DNA of 61,140 nt from Alphaproteobacteria bacterium UBA3307 (GTDB taxonomy: Bacteria; Pseudomonadota; Alphaproteobacteria; RF32; CAG-239), in the NCBI GenBank assembly GCA_002361365.1, contig DEST01000115.1:1-61140 (forward strand). Reading direction: 5' to 3'. The position numbers were made by a program, and so were the translations under genes. The notes under the pieces are model-generated. The model was not told the DNA's origin, did not search any database, and worked only from the letters and a program-made list of their open reading frames with translations. Below, piece after piece: positions 17,426 through 27,349 of this stretch; within the stretch, counting starts at the first letter, position 1, and each line of letters opens with the position of its first letter.

Positions 17426-19105
17426 ATGCCGAAACCGGGATTGAAATATTTTATAGGAAGTTTTTTGTTGTCTTTGGCAGCTGTTTTTGTGGCAACTAAG
17501 GCATATTTGGTGGTTATGTGGTCTGAGCAAGAGCAAGAAAAGGTTCTGGCAGCAGTCAAGCCACAAGATATAGAGTTGTTTGCGCCAACCGAAGAAAATG
17601 ACCCTATTTATGAGAAATATCAACAAATCACACAAATTGAACAGCCGCTGGAGGAATCTGATGCAGAAACAATATCTGAGGTTTCAGCACAAGAATTGGC
17701 GCTTGGTGATTATGCCGACGAGATACTTTATACGCCGGAAAACGATGAATCGGCTGAATTTGCAGAAGACGAATCCACTGTTATCTCGCAAAATGAGTCT
17801 TCAGCACCTGAAACAGAAATTATTGATGCTGATAATGTTGATAATTCTGATGATGAAGAATTACAAATTGCCGATGCACAAAGTGCGCCGGTATTTATGA
17901 TTCCGCTCAAGCACAACTTTAATATAGAAGGTGGAAATGTTACTGTTTCCGATTCTGCCGGCAATGGACAAATTGCATTGGCATCGCACGATGTCAGTCT
18001 TTATAATTTGGGCACAGAAAATCAGGCAGATGTGACAGAACCATTGACGGCGAACGCCGAGCAGAACATTGCCGATGACAACTCTCCGATTGAGAGTCAA
18101 ACCAACCAGTCAGAAACTTTAACAGCGGAGGTTTCTACGCCGCAAATGGCTGATGATAACCCATGGGAAGTTGCCGAAGTTGCCAACAAGTATACTCCCA
18201 AAAATTCGCTCAGCGTTAAAAGTGAACCGGAAAAAGCCGATGTTGCTTTGCCGGCACAAGAAGCTAAGACCGCGTATAAAATGCAGAAAAACATACTAAT
18301 TCCGATTCCGGAAGATATTATGAATGATGAAAATCTTACTCCGCAATTTTCAACTTCTGAAGAGAATCTGAAATTAGAAGAAGAATTGCGTGCCAAACAT
18401 AAGCTTCCTACATTACCGGCATCACCAACAACAAAACCGGCGGCTGACGGAAATGATACGAATATCAATACCGACAATCCGGAGAAAGTTGCTCCGCAAT
18501 CGTTGCCGCAACCGATACGGATTCCGAGTGATGACACAGAAAAAGATTTTGATGAAGATGAGGAAACACAAAACGATGCCGATGCTCAAACCTCTAAAAA
18601 TCTGACCGAGAGTGTGGCTGCGTGGTTTTCCGGTATAAAAAATAAAGTCACGACAAATACGAATCAGGAGAAAACTACGGACAATTCGGGTATTGCCGGT
18701 GAAAAATCGGCAAAATCAGGTACCTCTATCTTTCAGCGTTTGCTCGGTACTCCGGAGCCGGAAAAAAATATTGCACCGAGTGAATTAAAAATTACGTTTC
18801 AGCCTAATCGGGCAGAAATTTCTGGTCAGACCTTGGAATGGTTACGTGCCTTTGCTGACAATACATTAGAGAATGAAAATGTTGTGGTCGAGATTCGTGT
18901 TTCGCAATCCACACCGGCAGCAATACGCTACAAACGTTTGAAATTACTGTATAAGGTTTTGGCTGACAATGGAGTTGAGCCGATGAAAGTTAATACAATT
19001 TTTACCAATCGCGAGCCAAACTCGTTTATTATTAGAAATGTGCGTTATTCGTCTGAAGAAGAAATGGCAAAAGCCGTTGTCAAATGGGGAGATAATCCAT
19101 GGTAG
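17426..19105 (+). CDS. Membrane-anchored, highly acidic 559-aa protein with a weak OmpA/MotB-like C-terminal region. First gene of the pilus operon.
   Basis: N-terminal TM segment (FIGSFLLSLAAVFVATKAYLVVMW), a long D/E/S/N/P-rich region, and a C-terminal segment ITFQPNRAEISGQTLEWLRAFADNT...VVVEIRV...RLKLLYKVLADNGVEP. Confidence 0.45.
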   Translation: MPKPGLKYFIGSFLLSLAAVFVATKAYLVVMWSEQEQEKVLAAVKPQDIELFAPTEENDPIYEKYQQITQIEQPLEESDAETISEVSAQELALGDYADEILYTPENDESAEFAEDESTVISQNESSAPETEIIDADNVDNSDDEELQIADAQSAPVFMIPLKHNFNIEGGNVTVSDSAGNGQIALASHDVSLYNLGTENQADVTEPLTANAEQNIADDNSPIESQTNQSETLTAEVSTPQMADDNPWEVAEVANKYTPKNSLSVKSEPEKADVALPAQEAKTAYKMQKNILIPIPEDIMNDENLTPQFSTSEENLKLEEELRAKHKLPTLPASPTTKPAADGNDTNINTDNPEKVAPQSLPQPIRIPSDDTEKDFDEDEETQNDADAQTSKNLTESVAAWFSGIKNKVTTNTNQEKTTDNSGIAGEKSAKSGTSIFQRLLGTPEPEKNIAPSELKITFQPNRAEISGQTLEWLRAFADNTLENENVVVEIRVSQSTPAAIRYKRLKLLYKVLADNGVEPMKVNTIFTNREPNSFIIRNVRYSSEEEMAKAVVKWGDNPW

Positions 19106-19153
19106 CAACTTTGGCGGACACGCTCCGGTTTTAATCTGTTTAAGGAAAATACG

Positions 19154-19876
19154 ATGAAACATTATTTGGAAAAATATATAAAAACAAACAAATCAGCCTT
19201 ATTTGGTATTTTGTGCTGTGTATTATGCGCTACCGGCTGTATGTCTGACCAGCGCAGCTATTTGGAACGTGAAGCAAACTGCAAAGACGGTATTTGCGAA
19301 AGTAATCAAGAATTTACAGACATTTGTGTTGAAAATTCTGCCGGATACAGTGAATGTCACGACCAGATGGCAGTCAACTACACGCGCACAAATTCTGATT
19401 TTAGGGCGTATGGCGAACGCACCCCGCGTGATCATCGTATTACGCAAGCGGCAGCCGGCAACAATATTTCGGCAACTGTTGTTCCGGGAATTCGCGACGA
19501 AGTGGTGGAATATCAGCCAATGATTGACACAATGGCACAAAACTCTTATGCTATGGAAGTTGAAGGTTCACAAGAAGATGAGGATTCCGCCGAAGATGCC
19601 GATGTACAAAATCGCGACTGGTTGGCAGAAGAAGGGCAAAGCCTGAAAGAATTACTCACCCAATGGAGTGAAGAAGCCGGTTGGCGTTTGATTTGGAAGA
19701 CCAATCGTAACTATACTCTCAGTGCCGGCGCAATGTTCAGAGGCAATTTTGCCGATGTAGCTTCAGCCTTAGTACGGGCATTTGCTCGTGCCAGACCGGC
19801 GCCGGTGGCAACATTTTATAAAGGAAACCGCGTTTTGGTAATTGAAACAATGGAGGACGAAAATGCGTATGACTAA
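19154..19876 (+). CDS. TcpQ/PilL-like lipoprotein (type IVb pilus biogenesis)
   Basis: Lipobox ATGC. The C-terminal segment DWLAEEGQSLKELLTQWSEEAGWRLIWKTNRNYTLSAGAMFRGNFADVASALVRAF...FYKGNRVLVI fits the TcpQ domain pattern. Confidence 0.7.
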   Translation: MKHYLEKYIKTNKSALFGILCCVLCATGCMSDQRSYLEREANCKDGICESNQEFTDICVENSAGYSECHDQMAVNYTRTNSDFRAYGERTPRDHRITQAAAGNNISATVVPGIRDEVVEYQPMIDTMAQNSYAMEVEGSQEDEDSAEDADVQNRDWLAEEGQSLKELLTQWSEEAGWRLIWKTNRNYTLSAGAMFRGNFADVASALVRAFARARPAPVATFYKGNRVLVIETMEDENAYD

Positions 19877-21434
19877 TTGGTATAAATTAACCGTTCTCGG
19901 TATTTTAGGAATCGCTGCGGCATGCAGTGTTACACCGGATTTGGACCGCGAAATTGAGCAACGTACAAAAGATGTGGTAGAATTACGCGAAAAAGCTATT
20001 GTACCAAATGAGCCGATTCCGGAAGATATGGTCAGAGTTAAAAATGATATTTGGCTCGGCGATACTTCTACCATTGAATATGAGGGCGAACCGGTACCGA
20101 CTTATCTGGAAACAAAAGATGGTATAACGCTTATCAGCAACCGTCCGATTACACTTTATGAAATTGGAGGGATGATTAGTAAAATTACCTCTATGTCAGT
20201 ACGTTATGCGCCGGAACTGGAAGAAGCTGCCATCAGTAATGCCGACGGCAACAAGCCGGAGCTTGATCAGCTGGGACAACAATGGACGGATTCTTCGAAA
20301 ATGATTGTCAGCTATAAGGGACCGCTCAGCGGATTGCTTGATGAAGTTGCAAATCGTTTCGGTATTTGGTGGAAGTATGAAAAAAACGAAATTTACTTTT
20401 ATAAATATATTACCAAAACATTTGTGCTTTATACCTTGCCGACAACTCCTAGCCTTGGCGGTGCGGTAGACAGCGGCGGTGAAGAAAGCAGTCAGAGTAT
20501 TTCAACAGAAAACTCATGGAATGGCTCAAGTGTGTGGGATGAAGTAAGCACCACAGTCGGCAATATGACCACCAGTGAAGGAAAATTGGCAATGAATCCC
20601 GGAAGCGGTACAATTACCTTAACCGATACACCTACTGTTATTAAACGTGTCGGACAGTATATTAACGAAATGAACAAGCGTATGGGCAAACAAATTGCCA
20701 TTAGCGTTAAGGTTTTGCAAGTAACCGTATCTAACAGTGATGCGTTCAGTCTGGATTTAGCCGCCACCATTAAAAAGTTCGGTAAAATGAAAGAAACAAA
20801 ATGGCTGGCTCCTTTTGCTCCGACAGGCGGAGGTAGCACACTTTCTTCCGGTTTCAGTGTCGGCAAATTAGATGTTGATGCCGTAGTACAGGCACTTTCA
20901 ACCGAGCAGAACAGCCATATTGTAACCAGCGGTACTGTAACAACAATGAATAATAAAGCAGCTCCGATTCAGGTTACAACCAAGCAAAGCTACATCAAAG
21001 ATGTTTCTACTTCTTATAACGGAGATTCGTCAGAAAATAATACATCTGATACCGAAACTGAGGAGTTTGAAACCGGCTTTACGATGAGTGTTTTGCCGCG
21101 TATTTTAGACCACGGACGCTTGATGATGTATTTTAATATGTCATTGTCAACTCTTTTGTCATTGGAGAATTTGGGTAATACCGAATCGCAATCTCCGAAA
21201 ATTGAATCTCGCGGCTTTACGCAGGAACTGGCAATGAAATCTGGTGAAACGCTGGTATTAGCCGGATATGAGCGAGCTAAAGATGCAACAACCAAACAAG
21301 GTACCGGTACTCCGGACAATATGTTGCTTGGTGGCTTGTCTGAGGCAGAAAGAGAACGCGATATCCTTGTGATTTTGCTGACTCCGGTGGTAATGGAATC
21401 ACCGCTTGATCCGGAATCCAGAATGAAAGACTAA
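19863..21434 (+). CDS. Lipoprotein secretin, PilN (R64)/BfpB type
   Basis: GGAGGA before the ATG at 19863. Lipobox IAAAC. C-terminal secretin block: VKVLQVTVSN...VQALSTEQNSHIVTSGTVTTMNNKAAPIQV...ETGFTMSVLPRI...LVLAGY...ILVILLTP. Confidence 0.8.
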   Translation: MRMTNWYKLTVLGILGIAAACSVTPDLDREIEQRTKDVVELREKAIVPNEPIPEDMVRVKNDIWLGDTSTIEYEGEPVPTYLETKDGITLISNRPITLYEIGGMISKITSMSVRYAPELEEAAISNADGNKPELDQLGQQWTDSSKMIVSYKGPLSGLLDEVANRFGIWWKYEKNEIYFYKYITKTFVLYTLPTTPSLGGAVDSGGEESSQSISTENSWNGSSVWDEVSTTVGNMTTSEGKLAMNPGSGTITLTDTPTVIKRVGQYINEMNKRMGKQIAISVKVLQVTVSNSDAFSLDLAATIKKFGKMKETKWLAPFAPTGGGSTLSSGFSVGKLDVDAVVQALSTEQNSHIVTSGTVTTMNNKAAPIQVTTKQSYIKDVSTSYNGDSSENNTSDTETEEFETGFTMSVLPRILDHGRLMMYFNMSLSTLLSLENLGNTESQSPKIESRGFTQELAMKSGETLVLAGYERAKDATTKQGTGTPDNMLLGGLSEAERERDILVILLTPVVMESPLDPESRMKD

Positions 21435-21456
21435 ACAACATTTTAGGAGAAAAACA

Positions 21457-22701
21457 GTGGACGAGATGCAAACAGAAGAAAAGGCGTGGAAATCTACCTT
21501 TACCGAAGGCGGAACAACCTATGCCGCGAGCTTGTTCTGGCAACCGCTGTTGAACGAAGATAAACCGTTACCGGAAGTAAAAGAGGCGGCCGAAAATATT
21601 TTGGAAGGTGCAGACTTATATTTGGTACGCAAAGGTAAGTCCCCGCAATTCGGACTGGCCGCATCATCACAAGGCTTTACCAAAGGTCTGCCTTCTGCCG
21701 CAGTGGCACTGATTTCCGGTTTGGGCAACATTACTTCCTTTTTGGGGGTGTTTAAGGTAGACACCGGTTGGTGGTATGTATGCTTTAGAAATGACGTTAT
21801 CCTTTCAGATGGCGATACGTTATTCATCAGTGAGAGAGATGCCAAAAATCAGTTTATCTCTATGTTAGCGGTACCGGATTGGGACGCCATTTTTGCGCCG
21901 CAAGAATGGGCTATTGAGGATACCAAAGAAGCCGACTTACCTACGTTATTAGGCAAAGGTTTGCAAATCAAACTTGATAAAATTGATGCCAGTAATGATG
22001 CGATTATGCTTGCCGTGATTGTGGTATGTTTTGCCATTATTCTATGGTTTGCATATTCCACTCTTAAAGATTTATTTTTCTCTAAGCCGGAACCACCTGT
22101 AGTACAGCCGATTGAGCAAGTTGAACAAGAGGAAGAACTACCGCCGGAACCGAAACCGTGGGAAAATTTGAATAACCCGATTGATGTTATGCGTAACTGC
22201 TATTTGGCCACCCAAAAAGTGGTTGAATTAGTGGCTCCGGGCTGGCATTTAGAAGGCGTTACTTGTAATGCTTCAGGCTTGGTAACGTCATGGAGACGTG
22301 AAATCGGAAGACTGACTTTTATTGAACAAGCACTTGATGTTTCCGGTGTAAACTTTTCTTCCCGTGTGTTGAGTCGTGATGGTAATACCTTGATGGCATC
22401 TCTGCCGGTAGACCAACCGCAAACGCAAAACTCGCCTCCGGAATATACCGAAGATGAGCTGATTAACACCATAAATGATATTAACCAAGCGTTGGATATT
22501 AATATTATGCTTTCTCCAAAGCAATGGGTATCTCCGCGCGGTACAAAATATCAGTTGATGGATTTTACCATTTCATCTAATAACGATCCGTTGACATGGA
22601 TTCAATTGTTAATGAAATTTTCAGGATTAACCATTAATACTATAACATACGACATAAATTCTGCAAATTGGACTTTCAAAGGAGAAATCTATGAATTGTA
22701 A
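21457..22701 (+). CDS. PilO-like type IVb pilus biogenesis protein (R64 nomenclature), 414 aa with one TM segment
   Basis: Position after the secretin. N-terminal motif YAASLFWQPL. Central TM segment IMLAVIVVCFAIILWFAY. GTG start with AGGAGA upstream. Confidence 0.5.
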   Translation: MDEMQTEEKAWKSTFTEGGTTYAASLFWQPLLNEDKPLPEVKEAAENILEGADLYLVRKGKSPQFGLAASSQGFTKGLPSAAVALISGLGNITSFLGVFKVDTGWWYVCFRNDVILSDGDTLFISERDAKNQFISMLAVPDWDAIFAPQEWAIEDTKEADLPTLLGKGLQIKLDKIDASNDAIMLAVIVVCFAIILWFAYSTLKDLFFSKPEPPVVQPIEQVEQEEELPPEPKPWENLNNPIDVMRNCYLATQKVVELVAPGWHLEGVTCNASGLVTSWRREIGRLTFIEQALDVSGVNFSSRVLSRDGNTLMASLPVDQPQTQNSPPEYTEDELINTINDINQALDINIMLSPKQWVSPRGTKYQLMDFTISSNNDPLTWIQLLMKFSGLTINTITYDINSANWTFKGEIYEL

Positions 22702-24463
22702 TCTTAAAAATAAAACATTATCAGTGATTGCGCTATTGTTCGTATTCACGATATCGGCAAGCACTACCAGTTTTGCCGCCGATGCGTCTTCTCCGATGGC
22801 TCAGCCGGTTGCAGAAACCGCAAATCAGGCAAAAGCCGCTGCACAGAACGGAGCAAATGCGGCAAAAGAAGCCGTAAATGCTGAGGCAAAAAAGAATATT
22901 GATGCCCTCAAAGCTCAAGAAGATGCCGCAATGGCAAACCTCAAAGATTTGGATGCGGAAATTGCTGCAGTGCGTGAAGAATTGGAAACTCTGAATGCCG
23001 ATATTGCCGATGAGGCACAAAACGGCAATACCATCGATTCTATTGAAAAAGAGCTTGCCTTTTTAGAAGATAATGCACCCAATGAGCTTGATGAACTGCG
23101 TGACAGACCAAAAAATGCGCAAAATGAAGCTCAGACTGCGCCGAATCAAAATCCTAATGCGAATCCGCAACAAGCAGATGCCGCCAATCCGGCGATTGAT
23201 GCTGAGGCAGTAAATCCGGATACTAAGCAGTCGCAAGATGCCGCTGCAAATTCAGACCCTAATGCCGCTCCGGCAGCCGAAGGAGAAACCGGTAAAGAGG
23301 GAGAAAATATTCCTAATGCCGAGGCCCCTAAATCTCCGCTTGAAAATTTTGGTAACGCCATTCTTTCTAAAGTAGACAACAACTTATTTAATAAAATGTC
23401 TACCATCGAAAAACAGACAACACTTTTGCGTTTGGAATATAAGCGTGAAGAACTTAAAAACAAAGTTGCGGCTTTGCGAACGGCTCGTTTGCGCGCAATG
23501 GAGGAAGAAATCGAGCGTCGGCGCGCTTATGAAGAAAAACTCAAAAACGCTGAGGCTGAGCGGCAGGCTAAAATTTTAGAAGAACAAAGAAAACTCAAAG
23601 AACGTGAAATGGAGTTGGAAAAACTGCGGCAGGCAAAAGTGCTCAATGAATATATGAACGAAATGTTGATGATGAATCAAAAATGGGTTGAAGAAAATGC
23701 CAAATTGCAAAATCGAATCCATGAACTTGAAGAAGAGCGTGTTCAGCTTATTGAAAACTTCAAACAAAAAATGGTTGATTTAGATGAAGTTGTCAACAAA
23801 ACTTATGAGCATGTTGTTTTGGTGGTCAGAGAACACTTTATAACCGTTAATGCTTTGCGTAGTAAAATTTCTGATTTGGAAAAAATTATTGCTGATAAAG
23901 AAGCGCAAATTAAAGCACTTAAGGCAGCAGCCGAGAATCCGTTCGGAGAAGAGGACGAAGGTCCGTCGCAAGCAGATATTGACTTGTCTAACGAATATGC
24001 TATTTTGGATATTACCGGTCAGGGTGACGAAATTGTGGCTAAATTAGTAAACTCTGAAGATAAGACGTTTGTTATTCACAAAGGTTCTATGTTGAAAAAT
24101 GGCGAGGTTGTTACTGCTATTACAGATACATATATCGCGTTTGAGAATCGTGGTGTTAAAAGTTATCTGTATACCACCGGAAGTATTCGTGAGTATGAGC
24201 CAAAAGCATCATTTAATGGCAATTCGGAAGATTTCTTCCCGCAAAGCAATAATGGTGCGGCGGTAGTTCCGCCGGTTGTAAAAAATCCGTCTCAAGCTCC
24301 TAAAGCTAAGGCAAATCCGGATGCTACTCCGAAAGCTGCACCAGCTAAGACATCCAGTGCCGCAAAACCGGTAAACTCGAAAGGAAGTTCTTCCGGCAGC
24401 ACTTCAAGCGGCAGACGTCGCGCACCGGCTCTTTCCGGAACATCGGGAATGTTTATGAGATAA
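22691..24463 (+). CDS. PilP-like protein expanded to 590 aa (signal peptide, A/N/P-rich tract, long coiled-coil, C-terminal beta domain)
   Basis: Signal peptide ending TSFAA. The segment EYAILDITGQGDEIVAKLVNSEDKTFVIHKGSMLKNGEVVTAITDTYIAFENRG resembles the PilP beta-sandwich. Basic/Ser-rich tail. Confidence 0.5.
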   Translation: MNCNLKNKTLSVIALLFVFTISASTTSFAADASSPMAQPVAETANQAKAAAQNGANAAKEAVNAEAKKNIDALKAQEDAAMANLKDLDAEIAAVREELETLNADIADEAQNGNTIDSIEKELAFLEDNAPNELDELRDRPKNAQNEAQTAPNQNPNANPQQADAANPAIDAEAVNPDTKQSQDAAANSDPNAAPAAEGETGKEGENIPNAEAPKSPLENFGNAILSKVDNNLFNKMSTIEKQTTLLRLEYKREELKNKVAALRTARLRAMEEEIERRRAYEEKLKNAEAERQAKILEEQRKLKEREMELEKLRQAKVLNEYMNEMLMMNQKWVEENAKLQNRIHELEEERVQLIENFKQKMVDLDEVVNKTYEHVVLVVREHFITVNALRSKISDLEKIIADKEAQIKALKAAAENPFGEEDEGPSQADIDLSNEYAILDITGQGDEIVAKLVNSEDKTFVIHKGSMLKNGEVVTAITDTYIAFENRGVKSYLYTTGSIREYEPKASFNGNSEDFFPQSNNGAAVVPPVVKNPSQAPKAKANPDATPKAAPAKTSSAAKPVNSKGSSSGSTSSGRRRAPALSGTSGMFMR

Positions 24464-24488
24464 TTTTTGATAAAACAAGGAATTATCA

Positions 24489-26213
24489 ATGGCAGAAGAA
24501 AATAAAACTTCTTTAGGAAATGAGGCAACGCCGGACGCAAATGTGTCCGGCAAAACTGCCGTTCCGGCCGTTGCTAACAAGGATTTGCCTAAAGTTTCCG
24601 GCAGCGGCGATATTGAAGATTCTGAGATTGCTCTTTCCAAAGCACAAACTAATGTGTTTCAAATTTTGTTTGCCAATGACAACAAATTGCTGACTCTTGA
24701 AGGCGGTGAGATTGTAGTTGATGATGAAACGCGCCGAATGATTGCCCTATTTTCCGACGGCACATATTTGGTAGATGAAACCCATCGTTTTGACGGTAAG
24801 GTTCTAAACTTTACGACTACCGCGCGCCGTCGTAAAATCAAAATGGCCGAGCCAAAATATATTTCCGCTTCGGAAATGGCGGCATTATATGCTTATGCCG
24901 AGCGTGGGCAAGGTCAAATTACGGTTTCAGCCGAAGAAGCATCTGACTACCAGATGCAAATTGACTTTTTGAGTGTTATCAGCCGTGCGGCAATGCACAA
25001 AGTTTCAGATATTCACGTTATTGTAGCCAACTCGACGATGGTATTTTTCCGCTCAAGCGGTATGATGGAACGTGAATTGGAATATTCTAAAGAATGGGGA
25101 GAAGCATTTGTCCGTGCGGCATTTGCTTCAGCCGATATTTCCGATGCAAACTACGCGCAAAATGAGTTCCAAGGCGCACAAAAGCTGGGTTCTACACCTT
25201 TACGCGGCACAAACGGCAAATTGCGGCTTCCGCACAATGTGTTGGCGGTGCGCTTACAATTTAATCCGGTGGCATTCGGCTCACAATATCTGGTTATGCG
25301 TTTGTTATATGCCGATGATAATCCTAATGGTGATGGTGATTTGCGCTCACTTGGTTTAGGCGACCGTGAGTTGGATTTGTTTTACAGACTGCGGGCAAGT
25401 GCAACCGGTTTAAAGGTAATTGCCGGTCCGACCGGTTCCGGTAAATCTACCACACTGCAACGCAATATGATTAAACTCTTACAAGAGCATCAAAGTGAAG
25501 TGAATGTATTGACTGTGGAAGACCCACCGGAGTATCCGATTCCGGGAGCACGGCAACTTCCTGTTACCAACGCCTCTACCGAAGAAGAAAAAGATGATGC
25601 CTTTAATAAGGCACTTTCGGCCGCTTTGCGTTCCGACCCAGATGTGATTATGGTCGGCGAAATTCGTACTCTTTCTGCTGCAAACTTAGTGTTCCGCGGC
25701 GCACTTTCCGGTCACAGTGTGTGGACTACTTTGCACGCCAATTCAGCACCGGCAATCATTACCCGTCTGCGCGATATGGGAATTCAGCCTTATATGTTGG
25801 AAGACCCTGAAATTATGAAAGGATTAATTTCTCAACGTTTGTTCAGAAAAATCTGCCCATATTGCCGTATGCCGGTCAAAGAAAGAATGTCCGATCCATC
25901 GTTTAAGCGCCTGAAAATCGCACTTGGCGAATTTGGAATAGAAAATACATTTGTACGCGGTCCGGGGTGCAAATATTGCGGTAATAAAGGAGTTATCGGG
26001 CGTATGTCCGTACCGGAAATTATTTTGCCGGACGGGCACTTTTTGCGGCTGATGCTAAACGGAGATACCAAAGACGCAATTGATTATTGGGTCAGTGAAC
26101 TTAACGGACGACCTCTGCGTGAAGCCGCTATTGAGCGTATGCTCAAAGGATACATTGATTTGGACGAAGTCGAGCGCTGGTGCGGTTTGCTTGATCAGCG
26201 TCCGACTTATTAG
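24489..26213 (+). CDS. GspE/PilB-family assembly ATPase (R64 PilQ-like)
   Basis: Walker A GPTGSGKST, Asp box and Walker B (VIMVGEIR), His box (HSVWTTLHANSA), and tetracysteine CPYC...CKYC. Confidence 0.88.
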   Translation: MAEENKTSLGNEATPDANVSGKTAVPAVANKDLPKVSGSGDIEDSEIALSKAQTNVFQILFANDNKLLTLEGGEIVVDDETRRMIALFSDGTYLVDETHRFDGKVLNFTTTARRRKIKMAEPKYISASEMAALYAYAERGQGQITVSAEEASDYQMQIDFLSVISRAAMHKVSDIHVIVANSTMVFFRSSGMMERELEYSKEWGEAFVRAAFASADISDANYAQNEFQGAQKLGSTPLRGTNGKLRLPHNVLAVRLQFNPVAFGSQYLVMRLLYADDNPNGDGDLRSLGLGDRELDLFYRLRASATGLKVIAGPTGSGKSTTLQRNMIKLLQEHQSEVNVLTVEDPPEYPIPGARQLPVTNASTEEEKDDAFNKALSAALRSDPDVIMVGEIRTLSAANLVFRGALSGHSVWTTLHANSAPAIITRLRDMGIQPYMLEDPEIMKGLISQRLFRKICPYCRMPVKERMSDPSFKRLKIALGEFGIENTFVRGPGCKYCGNKGVIGRMSVPEIILPDGHFLRLMLNGDTKDAIDYWVSELNGRPLREAAIERMLKGYIDLDEVERWCGLLDQRPTY

Positions 26214-26224
26214 GAGATTTTATT

Positions 26225-27346
26225 ATGCCTCAAGCCGAAAAAAGAAGTGCCTTTAATAAAGCAATGACAGCCACCAATAAATGGATGTTGATGTATGCAC
26301 AATTTATGTGCAAACTTTCAAACAAAGGACGCTTGAAGGTTTATCGTAAACTGGCAGCGCTGTTGCGCAACCGCTTTTCATTGATGAACGCACTTGATAT
26401 GATTTATAACGGCCTTACTGATGAAGGACAACACCCTAATGAGCCGATTGCCATTGCCATTAGTGCGTGGGGACGTGCTCTGCAAGAAGGTCATCCGTTT
26501 TCCGATGCGCTTAAAGGCTGGGCACCTGACCGTGAACGCTTAATGCTTTCCGTCGGTGATGTTTCAGATTTGGAAAGCGCTTTAATAAACTTGATTAAAG
26601 TTTCCGAAGGTTCTACCCGAATGATTCGCCCGATTGTCAGTGCTATTACATACCCTTCTTTCTTAATGATGATGGCTGTGCTGATTGTTTATGCAATCGG
26701 TGTATATATGGTACCGCCAATGCTAAGTGCCGCACCAACAACCGTTTGGACAGGTACTGCAAAAACTTTGGTCGACTTATCAGGCTGGATTCAGAAAAAC
26801 TGGCCGATTGCATTTGCATTTTTCCCAACCATTGGCGCTATTATTTATTTTACCATTGGGGTATGGACCGGCAAAATACGTGTCAAATTTGACCGAATCC
26901 CGCCGTGGTCATTGTATAAAATCTTTACCGGTATTACTTGGCTATTGGCACTTTCGGCATTAGTAAAGGGCGGTGTACCGGTTTCAGTGGCATTAACATC
27001 CTTGCGCAAAGACTCCAGTCGATACCTTAAAGAAAGAATCGACGGAGCATTGTTTCATATTAAAAACGGTGATAACTTGGGACAAGCTTTAGGTAAAGCC
27101 AAAATGGAATTTCCGGACAAGCAAATTATTGCCGACTTAAAGGTATATTCCGAATTGGATAACTTTGAAGAAGCGCTTGATAAGTTGGCTAATGAATGGC
27201 TTGAAGATTCAGTTTATTTAATTGAACAAAAAGCCGAAGTAATGAATATTGTGGCAATGTTGTTTGTGGCAGGCATTATTGCTTGGGCGGTATTTGGCAC
27301 ATTTGATATGCAAGACCAAATCACAAGTTCTATGGGTAAAGGATAA
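26225..27346 (+). CDS. GspF/PilC-family polytopic platform protein (R64 PilR-like)
   Basis: 373 aa. Two repeated helical cytoplasmic regions separated by TM segments. Lies directly after the ATPase. Confidence 0.75.
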   Translation: MPQAEKRSAFNKAMTATNKWMLMYAQFMCKLSNKGRLKVYRKLAALLRNRFSLMNALDMIYNGLTDEGQHPNEPIAIAISAWGRALQEGHPFSDALKGWAPDRERLMLSVGDVSDLESALINLIKVSEGSTRMIRPIVSAITYPSFLMMMAVLIVYAIGVYMVPPMLSAAPTTVWTGTAKTLVDLSGWIQKNWPIAFAFFPTIGAIIYFTIGVWTGKIRVKFDRIPPWSLYKIFTGITWLLALSALVKGGVPVSVALTSLRKDSSRYLKERIDGALFHIKNGDNLGQALGKAKMEFPDKQIIADLKVYSELDNFEEALDKLANEWLEDSVYLIEQKAEVMNIVAMLFVAGIIAWAVFGTFDMQDQITSSMGKG

Positions 27347-27349
27347 AAA

